Shown one piece after another: positions 23,089 to 38,216 of a stretch of DNA of 64,000 nucleotides (the first letter of the stretch is position 1; each line of letters starts with the position of its first letter). Below the pieces are notes generated by a model. It had not been told where the DNA came from. It worked only from the letters and a program-made list of their open reading frames with translations, and searched no databases. Where the stretch lies: NCBI GenBank assembly GCA_025603075.1, contig MU626305.1, positions 58,211 through 122,210 of the forward strand. Direction: 5' to 3'. This DNA is from Neoconidiobolus thromboides FSU 785. Lineage: Eukaryota; Fungi; Entomophthoromycota. The translations under genes were made by a program, and so were the position numbers.

Positions 23089-26000
23089 ATGCAACAAGGC
23101 GATTGGAAACCTAACCCGGATGCATTAAAAGATATCATTGATACTTTTAATGCCGCCAAAAGTTCAGATAATGAAGTACAAAGGAGAGTATTTAATGTAA
23201 GTTCTTTGAAATTTTCTTAAAAATATTAATCACTTAAATAAAATAGAAACTCGAATCTTATAAAAAAGAACCAGAGTATGCATTATATTTAGCTTATATA
23301 ATAGAGTTTCATTCTACAGATACATCTGTATCTCAACAAGCTGCTTTTAATTTAAAAAATTTAGTCCTCAACGATATTGATACCATATCTCATGAAAATC
23401 AAGAGCATATTAAAAATACGCTACTACGTATTGTTGATGGAACTAACGCACAAGGTGGAAAAATATATTATCCAACTATTTCGGCTTTAATTAGAAATAA
23501 TACCATTCATCGTTATGCGGGATTTTTAGAAATTATTAATAGAAAATTAAAAAGTTCTAATGTTGATGACTTAAAGGTAAGTTTATGTAATATTTAAATA
23601 AGGGTATTTTTTATAGTATAAAATTTTTTATCCTTAGGCTGGTTTATCTTTTTTAACTATATTAATTGAAGATTGTTCAGAAGAACTTGATCAAGATGTC
23701 AATGGAACTAGACCTTTAGTTACCTTTATACCATTAGTTATCAACCTTATATCACACCAAGAAGAAATAATAAGAGTTGATGCCATTGAAAATATTAATG
23801 TAATGATTCATAGTGAAGTTACAGCTATGGAAATGTTTTTAGATACTTTTGCCAATGCTTTATTTCAGCGTACTCAAGATACCTCCATCGGTGTTCATAC
23901 AGTCCTTTGTAAAGCATTCATCAATTTGTTGAGTCAAACACACTCTACAATTCTTACCAACTTGAATTATATTTCAGGGTACATGTTAAATATGACCCAA
24001 AGCGAGGATCAAGAGTTAGCTTTAGAAGCTTGTGAATTTTGGTTAGCTGTAGTTGAAAATCAAAATGTTTATGAATATTTACGTCCATATCTTCCTGATT
24101 TAATACCAGTCTTAGTCAGAGGTATGGTTTATGATGAAGATGATGCGAAAGAATTAGTATCTAGAATGGTAGAATCTTCAGTACCTGATTCAGAAAAAGA
24201 TTTAAAACCACGTTTCCATCAAAGTAAAATACATGAACAAGTTCACCAAAATCAAAATAACGAAGAAGATGATGAAGATATTTTTGATGAAGATGAAGAT
24301 ATGAATGAATGGAATATTCGTAAATGTTCAGCTGCTACTTTGGATCAAATTGCTTCTCTTTTTGGTAATGATATTTTACCTCATTTGATTCCATTGCTAC
24401 AAGAAAAGCTATACCATAAAGACTGGCTTCATCGTGAGTGTGGTATTCTTATACTTGGGGCTATTTCAGAGGGTAATTTATTATTATACTTATTAGCTTA
24501 TTTTGTTAAATTAACTTTAATTTATTTAGGTTGTACCCAGGGACTTGAACCTCATTTACCTAATTTAATAGAATATTTAATTAAAAGTATTGATGATGAA
24601 CAAGTAAATAGTAAAATAATTCGGCGTAATAACATTTATTAATCATAGATTGTAGCCCTTAATCAGAACAATCACCTGTTGGGCGATTTCAAGATACTCC
24701 CAATGGATCATACAAAGTCATTCTACCCTTGGAGAACAAGTTTATTTCTTACCAACATTAAGTGGGGTAAGATTAAAAAGAGACAAAACAAATAATATTA
24801 ATAATATTGATTTTTATAGTTTCAAAGGAGAGTAGTCGATAAAATTAAGAGAGTCCAAGATGCAGGAACAAGTGCCATAACTACTTTTGTTGAAAGTTGC
24901 GGAGATGTCATAATACCCTACATAAAACAAATAGTTGAAACTATTATTACAGCATTCCCATTATTCCAAGCCAAAAATTTACCACTCTTTTATGATTTTA
25001 TGCAAAGATTCTTTATGATTGCTGACGAACAATTAAATCATCCAGATTATATTAATGCCATTATGCCATTACTTGTTAATAAATATCAACAACTTAATGA
25101 TGAGGATTATTTATTATCTGGATTGTTTGAGGTAATTTAAAATATTATTATGAAAAGATGGTTAGGTTGATATTAACAAATTTAGGTTATTGCTTCTTTT
25201 GCTATATGTATTGGAAATAGCTTTGCTCCTTATTCACAACCCATTTATCAACGTGCGCTTAATATCATTGTAACTATATTAGGCAATCCAGAGCAAGGAG
25301 ATGAGTTTAAAGATATGATTATTGTTTCTTTAGATTTAATTGCTGCTATTGTACAAGCGTTAGGTGAACATACAGTTGCTTTAGCTAATTCTGTCCAACC
25401 TAGCTTGGTTCCTGTTATTGCCACTTGCCTTAAGGTAAAATTGAGTTATTAATTTATTGTTTTATATTTATTATTATTTCAGGATGATTATGAATATGTT
25501 AAACAATCAGCCTATGCCTTACTTGGTGATATTTCGATCAATTCAATTCAATTAATCGCTAATGAAATACCTCAATTTTTAACATTTATGGTCAGCGATT
25601 TTGAAGATGCTGTCAATTATGGAGGTGTATGTAATAATTTGGTATGGTCTTGTGGTGAAATTGCATGCCGTTATGGATCTAATATGATACCATATATGCC
25701 ACCTTTACTAGAAAAATTTTTAGTCCAATTCTCTCAATCAGATCTTAGTTCTTCGGTTAAAGAAAATTTGGCTGTTACTATCGGTCGTTTTGGTTTAGCT
25801 TCTCCAGAAACATTGGCACCTTATGTCAGTCACTTTTTAGCCAAATGGTAGGTTTATTTTAAATGTAAAAAAATAAGTTATTTACTTTTTATATTTTAGG
25901 TGTGAAACACTTTATAATATGATTGATAATACAGAAAAAATTACATCATTCCAAGGGGTTTGTTTAGCTGCTAAAATTAATCCAAGTGCTTTTCAAGAGG

Positions 26001-26302
26001 TAATATAATATTAGTTTTTATGATTTCATGATATTAAATTTAATAAACTGAATTTTAGGCATTCATCCCCTTCCTTCTTACTATAGAAAATTTACATCAA
26101 CCATCGCCTGAACTAGTTGCTCAACTTAAAGAAGTAAGTGAATATTAGTATACAGATATGATAATAAGTGCTGGTATTAATTATCCTATTTTCATAGGTA
26201 CTTTTAATGTTTAGAAATTTAGCTGGAGATAATTGGGAACAATTTAGAAATACATTTCCAGCTAGAGTACAAAAAGATCTTCAAACGAGATTTGGCATTT
26301 AA
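23089..26302 (+). CDS. KAP104: Transportin / karyopherin-beta2, multi-exon
   Basis: ALEACEFWLA, acidic H8 loop (SEKDLKPRFHQSK...EDDEDIFDEDEDMNEWNIRKCSAATLD), REcGILILGAISEG, NNLVWSCGEI, ENLAVTIGRFG. Confidence 0.93.
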
Positions 26303-26575
26303 TTAGGAGATATACCTTTTTTTGAATAGTAGAAACTTTGCTTTAAAGTTTTTTGAATCAAAATAAAAAGCAGTTTTTTTACAAGGGTTGTTAAACTATA
26401 GATCTTTTATTGTTTTGATTTTAATTATTGTGTTTTGGTATATACTTTTAAAATATGTTAAAGTTAAAAGCTTAAGTAGCATTTTATTTTTAATAAACGT
26501 CTAAAAAACTAATTTTTAAATCAAACTATTTTATAGTTAAAGCATTCTATTTCTTCTAAAGTTCAAGCATCATAA

Positions 26576-26673
26576 GGGAGTATTTTTTTTGACTTCATTA
26601 TTTTTTCCATTTTTAAGCGCTATTTAAGCGGAAAAATTGGTAGTAAAATTCTTAAACACAAAAATACATCCCC
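26576..26673 (-). mobile_element. MITE copy (reverse), TSD ATAA
   Basis: ATAA|GGGAGTA...TACATCCCC|ATAA, 48 bp past the stop of P450 no.1. Confidence 0.92.
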
Positions 26674-26720
26674 ATAAATTATCTTTGACTTAAACAGCAT
26701 AATGTAGTGACCTAGAATGC

Positions 26721-28652
26721 CTAAATTTTATTAATAATATAAAGGATAGGCTCGGCAGGCTGAACAACCATAAAATACTTTGAGGCTATTTTTTTGTTAT
26801 TTTCTCTTTCAAATTTAAAATTCCTTATTAGATTTGCAGTAACTAAATAAAGTTCCATCCAAGCCAAGCTAAAGGGATTAATATCTACAATTATATAAAT
26901 TTATACTTATACTTACCTTCTACCAATACAAGCTCTTGGACCTATTGAAAAAGGCATAAAATTTGGATTGTTTTTGAATTTTCCATTTTCTAACCATCTT
27001 TCCGGATTGAAACTGTCAGGATCTTCCCATAAGGATGCCAAGTTATGCTTCGAAACTATAGAGGCTCCTATAGATATCTAAAATAATTAGCATCAATATA
27101 TTGCTTCGAGTGTATGTTTGTATTACTCCTTCTGGAATAAAGTAGCCATCGATTACTTTCCCTCCTTTAGGAACAGATCTGCTAATAATACCAGGAGCTA
27201 CTGGTATAATTCTCATACTTTCATGAATCACAGCGTTGAGATAATGACATTCTGATTTGATTTTAGTATAGTCGATTGATCTTTTATCTGGGAAAGTATC
27301 ATGAATTTCCTTTTCAACTTTTTCGTATACATCTGGGTTATTTGCTAAATTATAGAAAAACCTATTTTATGTTATTGTATTGAAATACTGTTTTTAGTAA
27401 TATTACCAAGTAAGAGTATTCGAAGTGGTGTCTGTTCCAGCAACACTTAAAAACCAAGTTAGTAATATGAAATTTATATTATAATACTTACATTTGGAGA
27501 ATGGATTCTTCAGCTATTTCTTTTTCATTAAGTTTTCTTCCAGTCTCTGGATCTTCAGTATTAAGTAGTGCATTCATTATAGTAGTTTTATCTGGACAAT
27601 TTTTAGCATTATTTATTGCGTCATAGGAAAACTAAATTATTAATACAGTCAAAATATTTAATTGAAGTTACACACTTGATATATGCTTTTGATAGAAGTA
27701 TATTCTAAATGCTTTAAGGCTGGGAATACAGCCACCTATTGGTATTATTAGGTATATACATTTACAATAATATATGAATACCAAAAAACTTAAACGAAAA
27801 GCATCTTTTATCCAATCAACAACTGGATGATATCCTTGTTTTACGATACCGAATGACTTTCCATATCCAAGATCCCCAATTATATCCTAATTATAAATTA
27901 ATGTCATAAAATAAACTATTCTATTTTTGACTTACAAATGAGAAATAATGAAAGTATAGTCCAAGATCAAATTTTTGTTCAGTATCAGAATGCTCATTTA
28001 GTTTATTTACTAAATTATCTACGTTTTCTTTAACTACATTCTCAATGCTTAAAATTGTGTTGTCTGAGAAGAAGGGAGCTAAAATCCTTTTCTAAATAGA
28101 TTGGTTAAAATTATATTTTCATAATCTAACATTTCTTACTTTAAAGCGATGGTCATCTTTATCACTAATATATAATTAGATACATTAATTTAAAAGTATG
28201 TGATTTACTTAGTATTAAAAGTATTTACACCTGTTAGCTTACTCGCTTCATAAAGTCCATCTTTCAAATAACCATAAGTACTATGTATTTCTTTACAAGC
28301 TGAATCGGAAACAACAGAAACTAAATCACCTCCTTATAAAACAGTTAGAATTGTTAAGACCTCAAATAAGGCTCAGCCTACCTATTCTTGCTATAGGGCC
28401 ATACTTTTTATGAATATTTAGCACATATTCGTGTGAAGTTCCATTCGCTAATTTAAACTTATAATAAAATGGAATAAAGTGTAAAATTAATGGCCCTGGA
28501 ACTTTTCTTAAAGGACAAACGAATAAGCTATATATTACCTATATTCCAGTATTAGTAATTTTATGTAATAAATTAAAGCGTCTTACGCCATAAATATAAT
28601 AAGCTAGTAATAATAATGAAGCTATAGTTAAAATAGATGTGATCCCAAGCAT
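26721..28652 (-). CDS. Cytochrome P450 paralog 1, 12 exons
   Basis: N-terminal TM MLGITSILTIASLLLLAYY, KVPGP, AGTDTT I-helix, IHESMR (ExxR), [18 protein letters not shown] heme motif. Confidence 0.93.
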
Positions 28653-28686
28653 TTGTGAAAGTTAATCTTCATCTTCAATTTACGAT

Positions 28687-28695
28687 CTTTTTATA
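28687..28695 (-). promoter_or_regulatory. Putative TATA box of P450 no.1 (TATAAAAAG)
   Basis: Same motif at an equivalent position (about 25-40 nt upstream of ATG) in all five P450 paralogs. Confidence 0.6.
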
Positions 28696-29611
28696 CCATC
28701 TTTTACTCCATAACTTTATATTAATAAGCAAAGAGAATGGTGTTTTTATTCATATTTAATTTAATATTTTATTGCTATTACAGTATACTTTATTAATTGT
28801 AATATTATAGTTACTACTTTAGGATAAAGACGTTCAAATTATACATATATGTCTTTTACTATATTAGAAAAAAGCGAAGAACTTCTATGGTACATTCAGA
28901 TTTTATTATAAGCTTCAACCTAAGCCTTATTGTTTTAAAAAATGGTATTTATTTTGACCTAATATTCATAGAAAGTAAATACCCTGTTCTTATAAATTTA
29001 AATTTTTTAGAATTTTTTTTGAAAGCATAAAACTTCTAAGTAGTTTATTAGAAATAAACTTAAAAGAATGAGAAAGGGAAAAATTGTTTGAAGGCCAGAA
29101 TTTTTATCAGAAGCAGGTTTAATGTGGATCTGGTAAATTATCTAAAGAACCAGGGAACATAAAGTGGTTACCTAATCTGGATCAAACAAGGATAACAAAA
29201 CCGAGATCTCATAATGATAATAATTAAGGGTAAGATTTACAATATAAGGACGAAATTCAATAGTAGTAATTATTCTATAAAATGAAGTACAGATAAAAGT
29301 AGTGTTCAATAATGTCTTCTAAAAAGTCACAAAATAGATCATTTAGAGAAGTTTTGGGCTTATATAGATAAATTTTTATTCTAATAGTGATTGAGTTGTT
29401 AAAAATGCATCAGAGAAGTAAGCGTCGTTTGTTGTTTGTTGTTTGATCATTTAAATTTATAGTAAATTGGAAAAGCAGGGTCAACAGTTCAAGTAGATTC
29501 CTATGAAAACTTTGTGGGCTATTGATTACAAATTTTCAATTTGTATAAATAAATTAGAATTTTACTATTAAAATAGTGATTTGTTTATAATATTAAGATT
29601 AACCATAATAT

Positions 29612-29708
29612 GGGGATGTATTTTTTTGTTTAAGAATTTTACCAACATCTTTCCACTCAAATAGCGCTTAAGAAATGGAAAAATAATGAAGCCAAAAAAA
29701 ACATCCCC
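29612..29708 (+). mobile_element. MITE copy
   Basis: ATAT|GGGGATG...CATCCCC|ATAT. Confidence 0.93.
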
Positions 29709-30905
29709 ATATATTAGCAAAAGTATAAAAAGTTGGAACGCTGATTTGATTTTTACCAAACTTAAGTTCATCCTGGTTAAGATAATCTATATTTTTTCAA
29801 ATCTTCGGTTCTTACTCTTATAAGTAAAGTTGACTATTTTAGTGAAAACACTTGTTATTTGATTACATTTTACTTTAATTAATTACATATATTTAATGTA
29901 ACTTTTTAACTGATAAAAAAGAAAAAGAAAATCTTCAGTATAAATTTAGATTCTATAATAATTTAAACTATAATGTTAACTTTTGATATACGATAATGTT
30001 TTTTTTTATACTATGTATTGACTGTAAACTTTTTTTGATGATAGAATTGTTTTAATGCCTTCTATTTTAATATATCAGTTGCTTTTTCTATATTTTAGTA
30101 AGTTACAAATTAAGGAGTTTTTGTTACTGTTTATCATAAACCATAGTTGAAATTAAACTACTATTAAAAATTAGTATATGTTTTTAAAATGAATTATGTA
30201 GTATGTCTCAAACAAATCTATTTGAATTCTTTATTTTTATTTAGAAAATTTAATACTATACTGTAGTTTACAAACATATACATATCTGAATATCTATAAG
30301 GTTGAAAAAAATAAAGTAAACACAAAATAAAATACTTAGTTTTATCTAGTGTTGTGAATGAAATAAAAAATCTATGATAAAGTTGAATTAGAATTTTTTT
30401 TCAAGATAAAAGTAATATGTATTTTATAAATTAAAAATTAATAACTAAAAATAAATTCAAAACAGTAAGCAATATAGAAGTATAATATTGAAACATAAAG
30501 TTATTTAAAACACAGTAATTTCTGCTGTATCTAAATATTAGTAACTATATAGTAACAAATTAATAGATTATATCGTATCATATCATATCAATATCATATA
30601 AGAAAGATTCTATTATACACAAAATCTAGATAAATATAAGTTGAAACAAAGAACAATTACAAATAATTTATCCTATCGAAAAAATGGAGTTTCTAAAAAA
30701 AATTACCCTTACAAATCTTTCTGGATCTTTGTAATCAAGAGCATTAGTAAGCCAATGAAATCACACTTAAATGCGATAGTATGGAAAATTAGTCTCATCT
30801 TTGTAAAGATCTTTAATGATTGGATGAGGTTAAAAGATTAGGTAGAATTGACCACTTGGTTACGTATTCTATCGAAAAGTATAAAATAAAACAATCCGCC
30901 CCTAA

Positions 30906-32612
<1,707 letters not shown>

Positions 32613-32684
32613 ATTAACTTTAAAATAAAATAAGATTAGCTTTATTATTATTATTATTTATTTTATTACATTTAATATATTAAT

Positions 32685-34550
32685 TTAATCGCTATCTTCT
32701 TCATCTACTTTAATTTCATCATAAATACCTAACTCAACAGCTTGCTGAATTGGATTTTGTAACTTAATAGCTGGATTTTTTTTGATTTTTTCAAATAATA
32801 TAAATAATCTTTCTGCTTCAATTTCTTTTTCTTCATCTGTCATATGTATTTTACCTTTACTTTCGTTTTGTTTGAATTGACCGGTTATTGGATTAATAGG
32901 TTTATTAGTAGAGGTAGAGGTGGAGGTAGAAACAGGGTTAGGAGGGTTCGTAGCATCAGTATTTATTGTCATAACATTATTGATATCAATTCCTTTTCCC
33001 ATTAAATAACCAGCTACATTACCATAGCCTAATTTTAAAATCATTTTACTAGCTAATAATTAATCAATTAAATAATCAAAATTAATATATTGGAATTATT
33101 AGAACATTTACCATCTTCATTACAAATAACGAAATAAAACTCAGCTAACAATTGTTTAAATGGCCTGATATTTGAAGCTGTTAATACATTAATTAATCTT
33201 GATACTCCAGTTTCTGATTGACCTAACGGTAATTCATGTTCTTTTTCATCAGGTAATAGTTTATTAGCATATATTTCAATTAATTCTTTTTTCACTTTGA
33301 GTATATTAATAATAAGTATAATATTTGGTGATAGTTGTTCATATTCATTTTCATATTCATTATAATTCCCTTTATCACATAATTGAATTAGTGGTCGAAG
33401 TAAATTGTTTATTAAATTATTATATTCATTAATGCAATAATTTGAATCAGTATATGACGCAATTGGATAATGAATTAGAATTGTTAATATTTGATAATAA
33501 GGTGAGGATAAGCTGTTAAATTCTTTAATAATTATTAAACTCTTTAATAATATATTAAAAATGCTATATAAAAATAATCAAGTTAATTTCAATGCTATTT
33601 AAGTTAGAGAATTACTTACTCATTAAATAAGCTTGCTATTTTTTCTTGTGCTTCATAATGATTAATTAAATTAAATATCAATTTTAATAAATCTGTTAAA
33701 ATTAAGTTATTATTATATTCAAAAGATGAATTAACTTGATTGATATCAAGTGTTATTATTATCTACAATAAAAATTATAAAATTAATTTATATAATATTG
33801 ATATAAATTTGTTTACTTCCTCCAAAGCCTTAACAAATTGTTTATCTTCTATTAATTCATTGATACTTTTTGAGTTGTCCAATGTTGATAAAAACAAGAT
33901 TCTAAAATACAAGAATAATGTATCTTTATTTAGTTCCTTAAACTAATCAAAATAAGACAATAAATTTATTATTATATATATACTTACCTTTTTGATCCTT
34001 TGAGTTATAGTTGATATATAAGGCAGAGTGGTATAAATTGATCTTAAATTAGAAGATAAAAATAAACAATTGCAAAGAGATTTTAAAGCCAAATTGATTA
34101 TTGGAATTGGTAGATCTGGAATTAAGTTTTCTTTATTAAGATTGGACAGTTGAGATAAAGTATTTAATTCCTGATATGTATATAATTAATAGTGAATAAA
34201 AACAATTACTTACTTACTTTATTGTTTACTAATTTTGTTACGATTGTCTCATTTATTAAATTTTCTTTTAATTTAGTTAAAAATAGAAGTTTGACTATAA
34301 AAATAAAGTAATGTTGTTATTGTTAATATTAATATCAATATCAATATCGTCTTAATGGAATAAAAAATTACCCTCATTATCCCAGTTAATGTAGATATTC
34401 AAATTACAGTTGATTTGTTTAAATATTTGTTCTATATTAGTTAATTGATTTAGATTAACTAAATAATAATAAATATTAATATTATTAAATTGTATTATTT
34501 AAATTGCAATTACTTTGATTCAAACTCTCTTTCACCTGCTTTGAATCCAT
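32685..34550 (-). CDS. RIC8: Ric8/synembryn G-alpha chaperone/GEF, multi-exon
   Basis: C-terminal exons RLINVLT...KQLLAEFYFVICNED, GYGNVAGYL, INPITGQ, MTDEEKEIEAERLFILFEKI. Probable start MDSKQVKESLNQ at 34550. Confidence 0.85.
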
Positions 34551-34851
34551 TTTCTATCTTCTTTATCTTTATCTTTACTAAATAGAAATTATAATACAAA
34601 TATTAAGGTTGATGATATTATAATTCGGTTAATTTTCAAAAGAACAAAAAAGCATTAAAAAAGCTAATTATCCATTTTTAAACCAATGACAAGTATGAAT
34701 TTTAGGTTAAATTGAAATTTAGTATTTATTCCATTAAAATTAAATCATCAATTTAAAGATAAAAGATTCTAAAATAATATAAAAATTAAATTTTTTAATT
34801 TGTGTAAATTATTTTTAATAATCTCACTTTCTCTCAAGAAAAAGAAACAAA

Positions 34852-37800
34852 ATGACGGATGAACAATATAGTACTCAAAGTTATACTGATGATATTGATA
34901 TTAAAGTAAAATTTGATTTTTATATTATTTTAGAATATTAATTAATATTAATCAATTTCACTATTCCTATTAATAGACATTTAAAGATTGGGATTTAGAT
35001 TTATCTAATTTACCACCATTGTTAAAAGATACTATTTCATTGATAAAAAAAGTGTAAATTTATTATTAATATTAATTGGAATACAAAAATTAATAATTTT
35101 AGACAAGCCGATAAATATAATTTAAAACAACATCCTTCGTTATCTAATTTAAAATTAAACTTTCGATTTTCTCAATTTGAAATTAAAAACATAATAAGTA
35201 AGTTAAGAATAGACATTCTAAATTTTATATCAAATTTTGTATATTAATAACTATTTTTTATTAATTTATTTTTTATTAATTTTTTATTTTTATTTTTTTA
35301 ATATAGGGTATTATTCAACAATACAAAATAGTTCGATATCTCCACAAGAATTTTTAATTAGTTATTCAGGTAATATAAAATTAAACAAATAACAATAATA
35401 TTTATATTCCATTAGAAGTACAAATCTTAGACGAAGCTATATTAAATGGTTGTAGAGCATTAGTAATAGCAATGGATACACAGCCAAAATTAATACCTCA
35501 ATATATAGTAAGTTAGATAATTTATAGTAATAATAAAACAATATTTAATACTTTAAATAAAAGGTACCAGCCATTTCATTATTGATGCAATGTGAAAAAG
35601 AAGCTTATGATGAGTCAATTCAACCCGATAATATTTATCGTTCTTTTTTTGGTAATTGTTAAATTATTAGAATATTCAAATTCAACTTATATTCCTATTA
35701 TAACTCTTATAGCCAACCACATTTTCTTATTACTGTTTAAATGTAAATTAAAAATTCATCAAACAAATAGTGAAGACACTCACTTAGATGAAGAAGTAAT
35801 AAAAGTATTATCCGAAGCTTATGGACCGGAGGGTATCCCAACCATTAGTATATTAGATGAAGTTCTTTTAGGATGGATTGATGTTTATATGGAATATTGC
35901 TTATATTCAAAACAGTGGGATATGATTTTCTTACTTCATGATGGTTTATTACAAGCATTAGTAACAAGTCATCAAGGGAATCTAAGAACAAATGAAGCTA
36001 TTGATTTTAAATTACCACGCCATTTAGTTATTGACAAAGTAGCAGCTACATTACCATTGTATCAACATTTATTGACTGGAAATTTAGTATTCCCTATATT
36101 AATTAGTTTATATATTGCTATTGGGTATGAATATTGTACAACTATATTAAATTGGAAAAGTAAATCGAATAATTTTAATAATTTAATTAATAATAATCTA
36201 ATTGATACATTACTTTTTCTAATTAGCTTATCCAGGTTTCATTATACCAGTACGCAATAAAGTGAACAATCTTAAAGAAAATAATGGCCCTTCTCATGGC
36301 TTTTTTGAAAAAGAAATACCCCAAAAATTAGGCATTTGTTTACAAAGGGAAGAAGAGAATGAAGATAATAAAAATACAAACTCAAATACATTATTATTTG
36401 ATACTATATTAAAAAATCAATCAGAGTTAGAAGAAATGGAAGAAAATTATGAACATGAAATAGGGTCTTTGTATGGTAAATAATTAAAGATTAATATAAA
36501 TAAATTAGAAGATTAAGAAATATTGATGGTTGTTTTTTAAACAGGTGAAGATCCAGAGGAAGCGGAAAAAAAGTTAATGAATTTAGCTAATTATAATTTA
36601 GAAGCTGCAAGGCTATTAATTCATAAAGGTTTAGAATGTTTTGGTGCTTTAAGTACTATGAGTGATAATTGGTTAACAGGTAAATTATTGTATTATAAAT
36701 AATAGATTAATTTATAAGAAAATTAATAATTTATTTAATGTAATATAGATTTAGATCGAAAATTAGTGAGTTGGAATGCCCCCTTTGATATTAGTTTAGC
36801 CTTAGTTTTATGTGGAGCGGATTTCTTTTTAGCTTTAGTAAGAATCTATTCAAACATTCAGTTATTTTGATAAAATACTAATGATTCTATTAGGGACATG
36901 CACCTAATTCATATTCTTTATTTAGTGAATTAGTAGATAAATTAGAATTAGCATGGAAAGCAAGGACGGATCCAAAGGTTTCACTTGAACCTAGTTGGAT
37001 TCAAAATTTTGGAGGTACAAGGGATGGTACTTATTTAGACATATATAAAATTTTTACACCTAATTTGGCATTTCGGGGCATCTATGGATTAGCTGTGATT
37101 TTAATGGCTTATGATTTTTTTTTTGTAAGTTAATTGGAAAAAAGAATTTTGATTCTGATAAAGAAATTTATTTTAATAATATTCTTTTTAGGAAGCTAGT
37201 ATTGAATTTTCAACTATATTAGCTACTTTTTCAACAGAATGTATTACCCAATGTACTCTGTTAGAAGAAGATATTATTAGTAAGAAAGAATATTATGATG
37301 ATTCAATGTATGGTTTGAATCAAAATTTACAATTAGCTTTTGTAACAAATAAGCAATTTGCTTCTCGATGTTTAAAAAAATTATTGATTTGTTTAGAGGT
37401 AAGTTTAAAATGTTTGAAATTAATTATTTGTTTGCAGATATTTGTTTTATTGCAATGTATTAATTAATTTCTACCTTTTTAGATGTTAGCCAGTAAAAAT
37501 CCAACCAATTTCAAATATACAGAATGGATGTTAATTTTAATTCAATTTGGGTGGCCATATTGGGAATTTGCATTTGATAATGTCATTGTCAAAAGGCTAG
37601 AAGAATACCCTGTAGAAGAATTCCCCATCTTATTAAAATATATTTATGGTAAGTTATTATTAAATTTTTAACTTAATAACTTGAACTTATTGAAAAAGAT
37701 AGTTCTTTTTGTTTTATATTTATGTTTTATACTTCTATTTTAATCTTTTAATCTATTAGAACCCAATTATGCACGTAAATTAATGAATCAAATAATGAAG

Positions 37801-37989
37801 CAGCCCAAATTCTTTCCAATTATATCACATAAATTTGCACCTGGTTCAAAAATTACAAGTGAAATTTTGGTTGAAATGCATGCTATTATTGATAATAGTA
37901 AAGAGTTGCTTAATAAAGGGGATTTTGATCCTTGGTTACAAAGTAAATTGGTTGAGTTTTTAAAGACGGAAATGCTAGTAAAAAAATAA
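34852..37989 (+). CDS. INTS10: Probable Integrator complex subunit 10 homolog, multi-exon
   Basis: Hand-spliced protein has QPKLIPQYIVPAISLLMQCEKEAYDESIQPDNIYRSFFANHIFLLL near the N-terminus and LILIQFGWPYWEFAFDNVIVKRLEEYPVEEFPILLKYI near the C-terminus. Both resemble, from memory, the corresponding animal INTS10 segments, in the right order. No search was run. Confidence 0.65.
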
Positions 37990-38216
37990 TATAGGAGCTA
38001 TTATTAAAAATAAATGTTGTATGTTTTAGTGCAATGTTTTTTTTCGTTTAGAGTATATTATAATATGTATTTGTTTTATTTTATTTAAATATTTAATAAA
38101 TGATACAAGTTAATAAGTATCTAAAAATTAAAACTAAATTAAAATAGAATAAAAAATTAATAAACTCACCACTCTCAAAGTTTTAATAAATCTAAATTTA
38201 AGATCAGTTATTTATT

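Noticed and set aside
26576-29708. P450 no.1 captured as a composite transposon between two MITEs
   Set aside because: Each MITE has its own matching TSD (ATAA/ATAA and ATAT/ATAT), so they are independent insertions.
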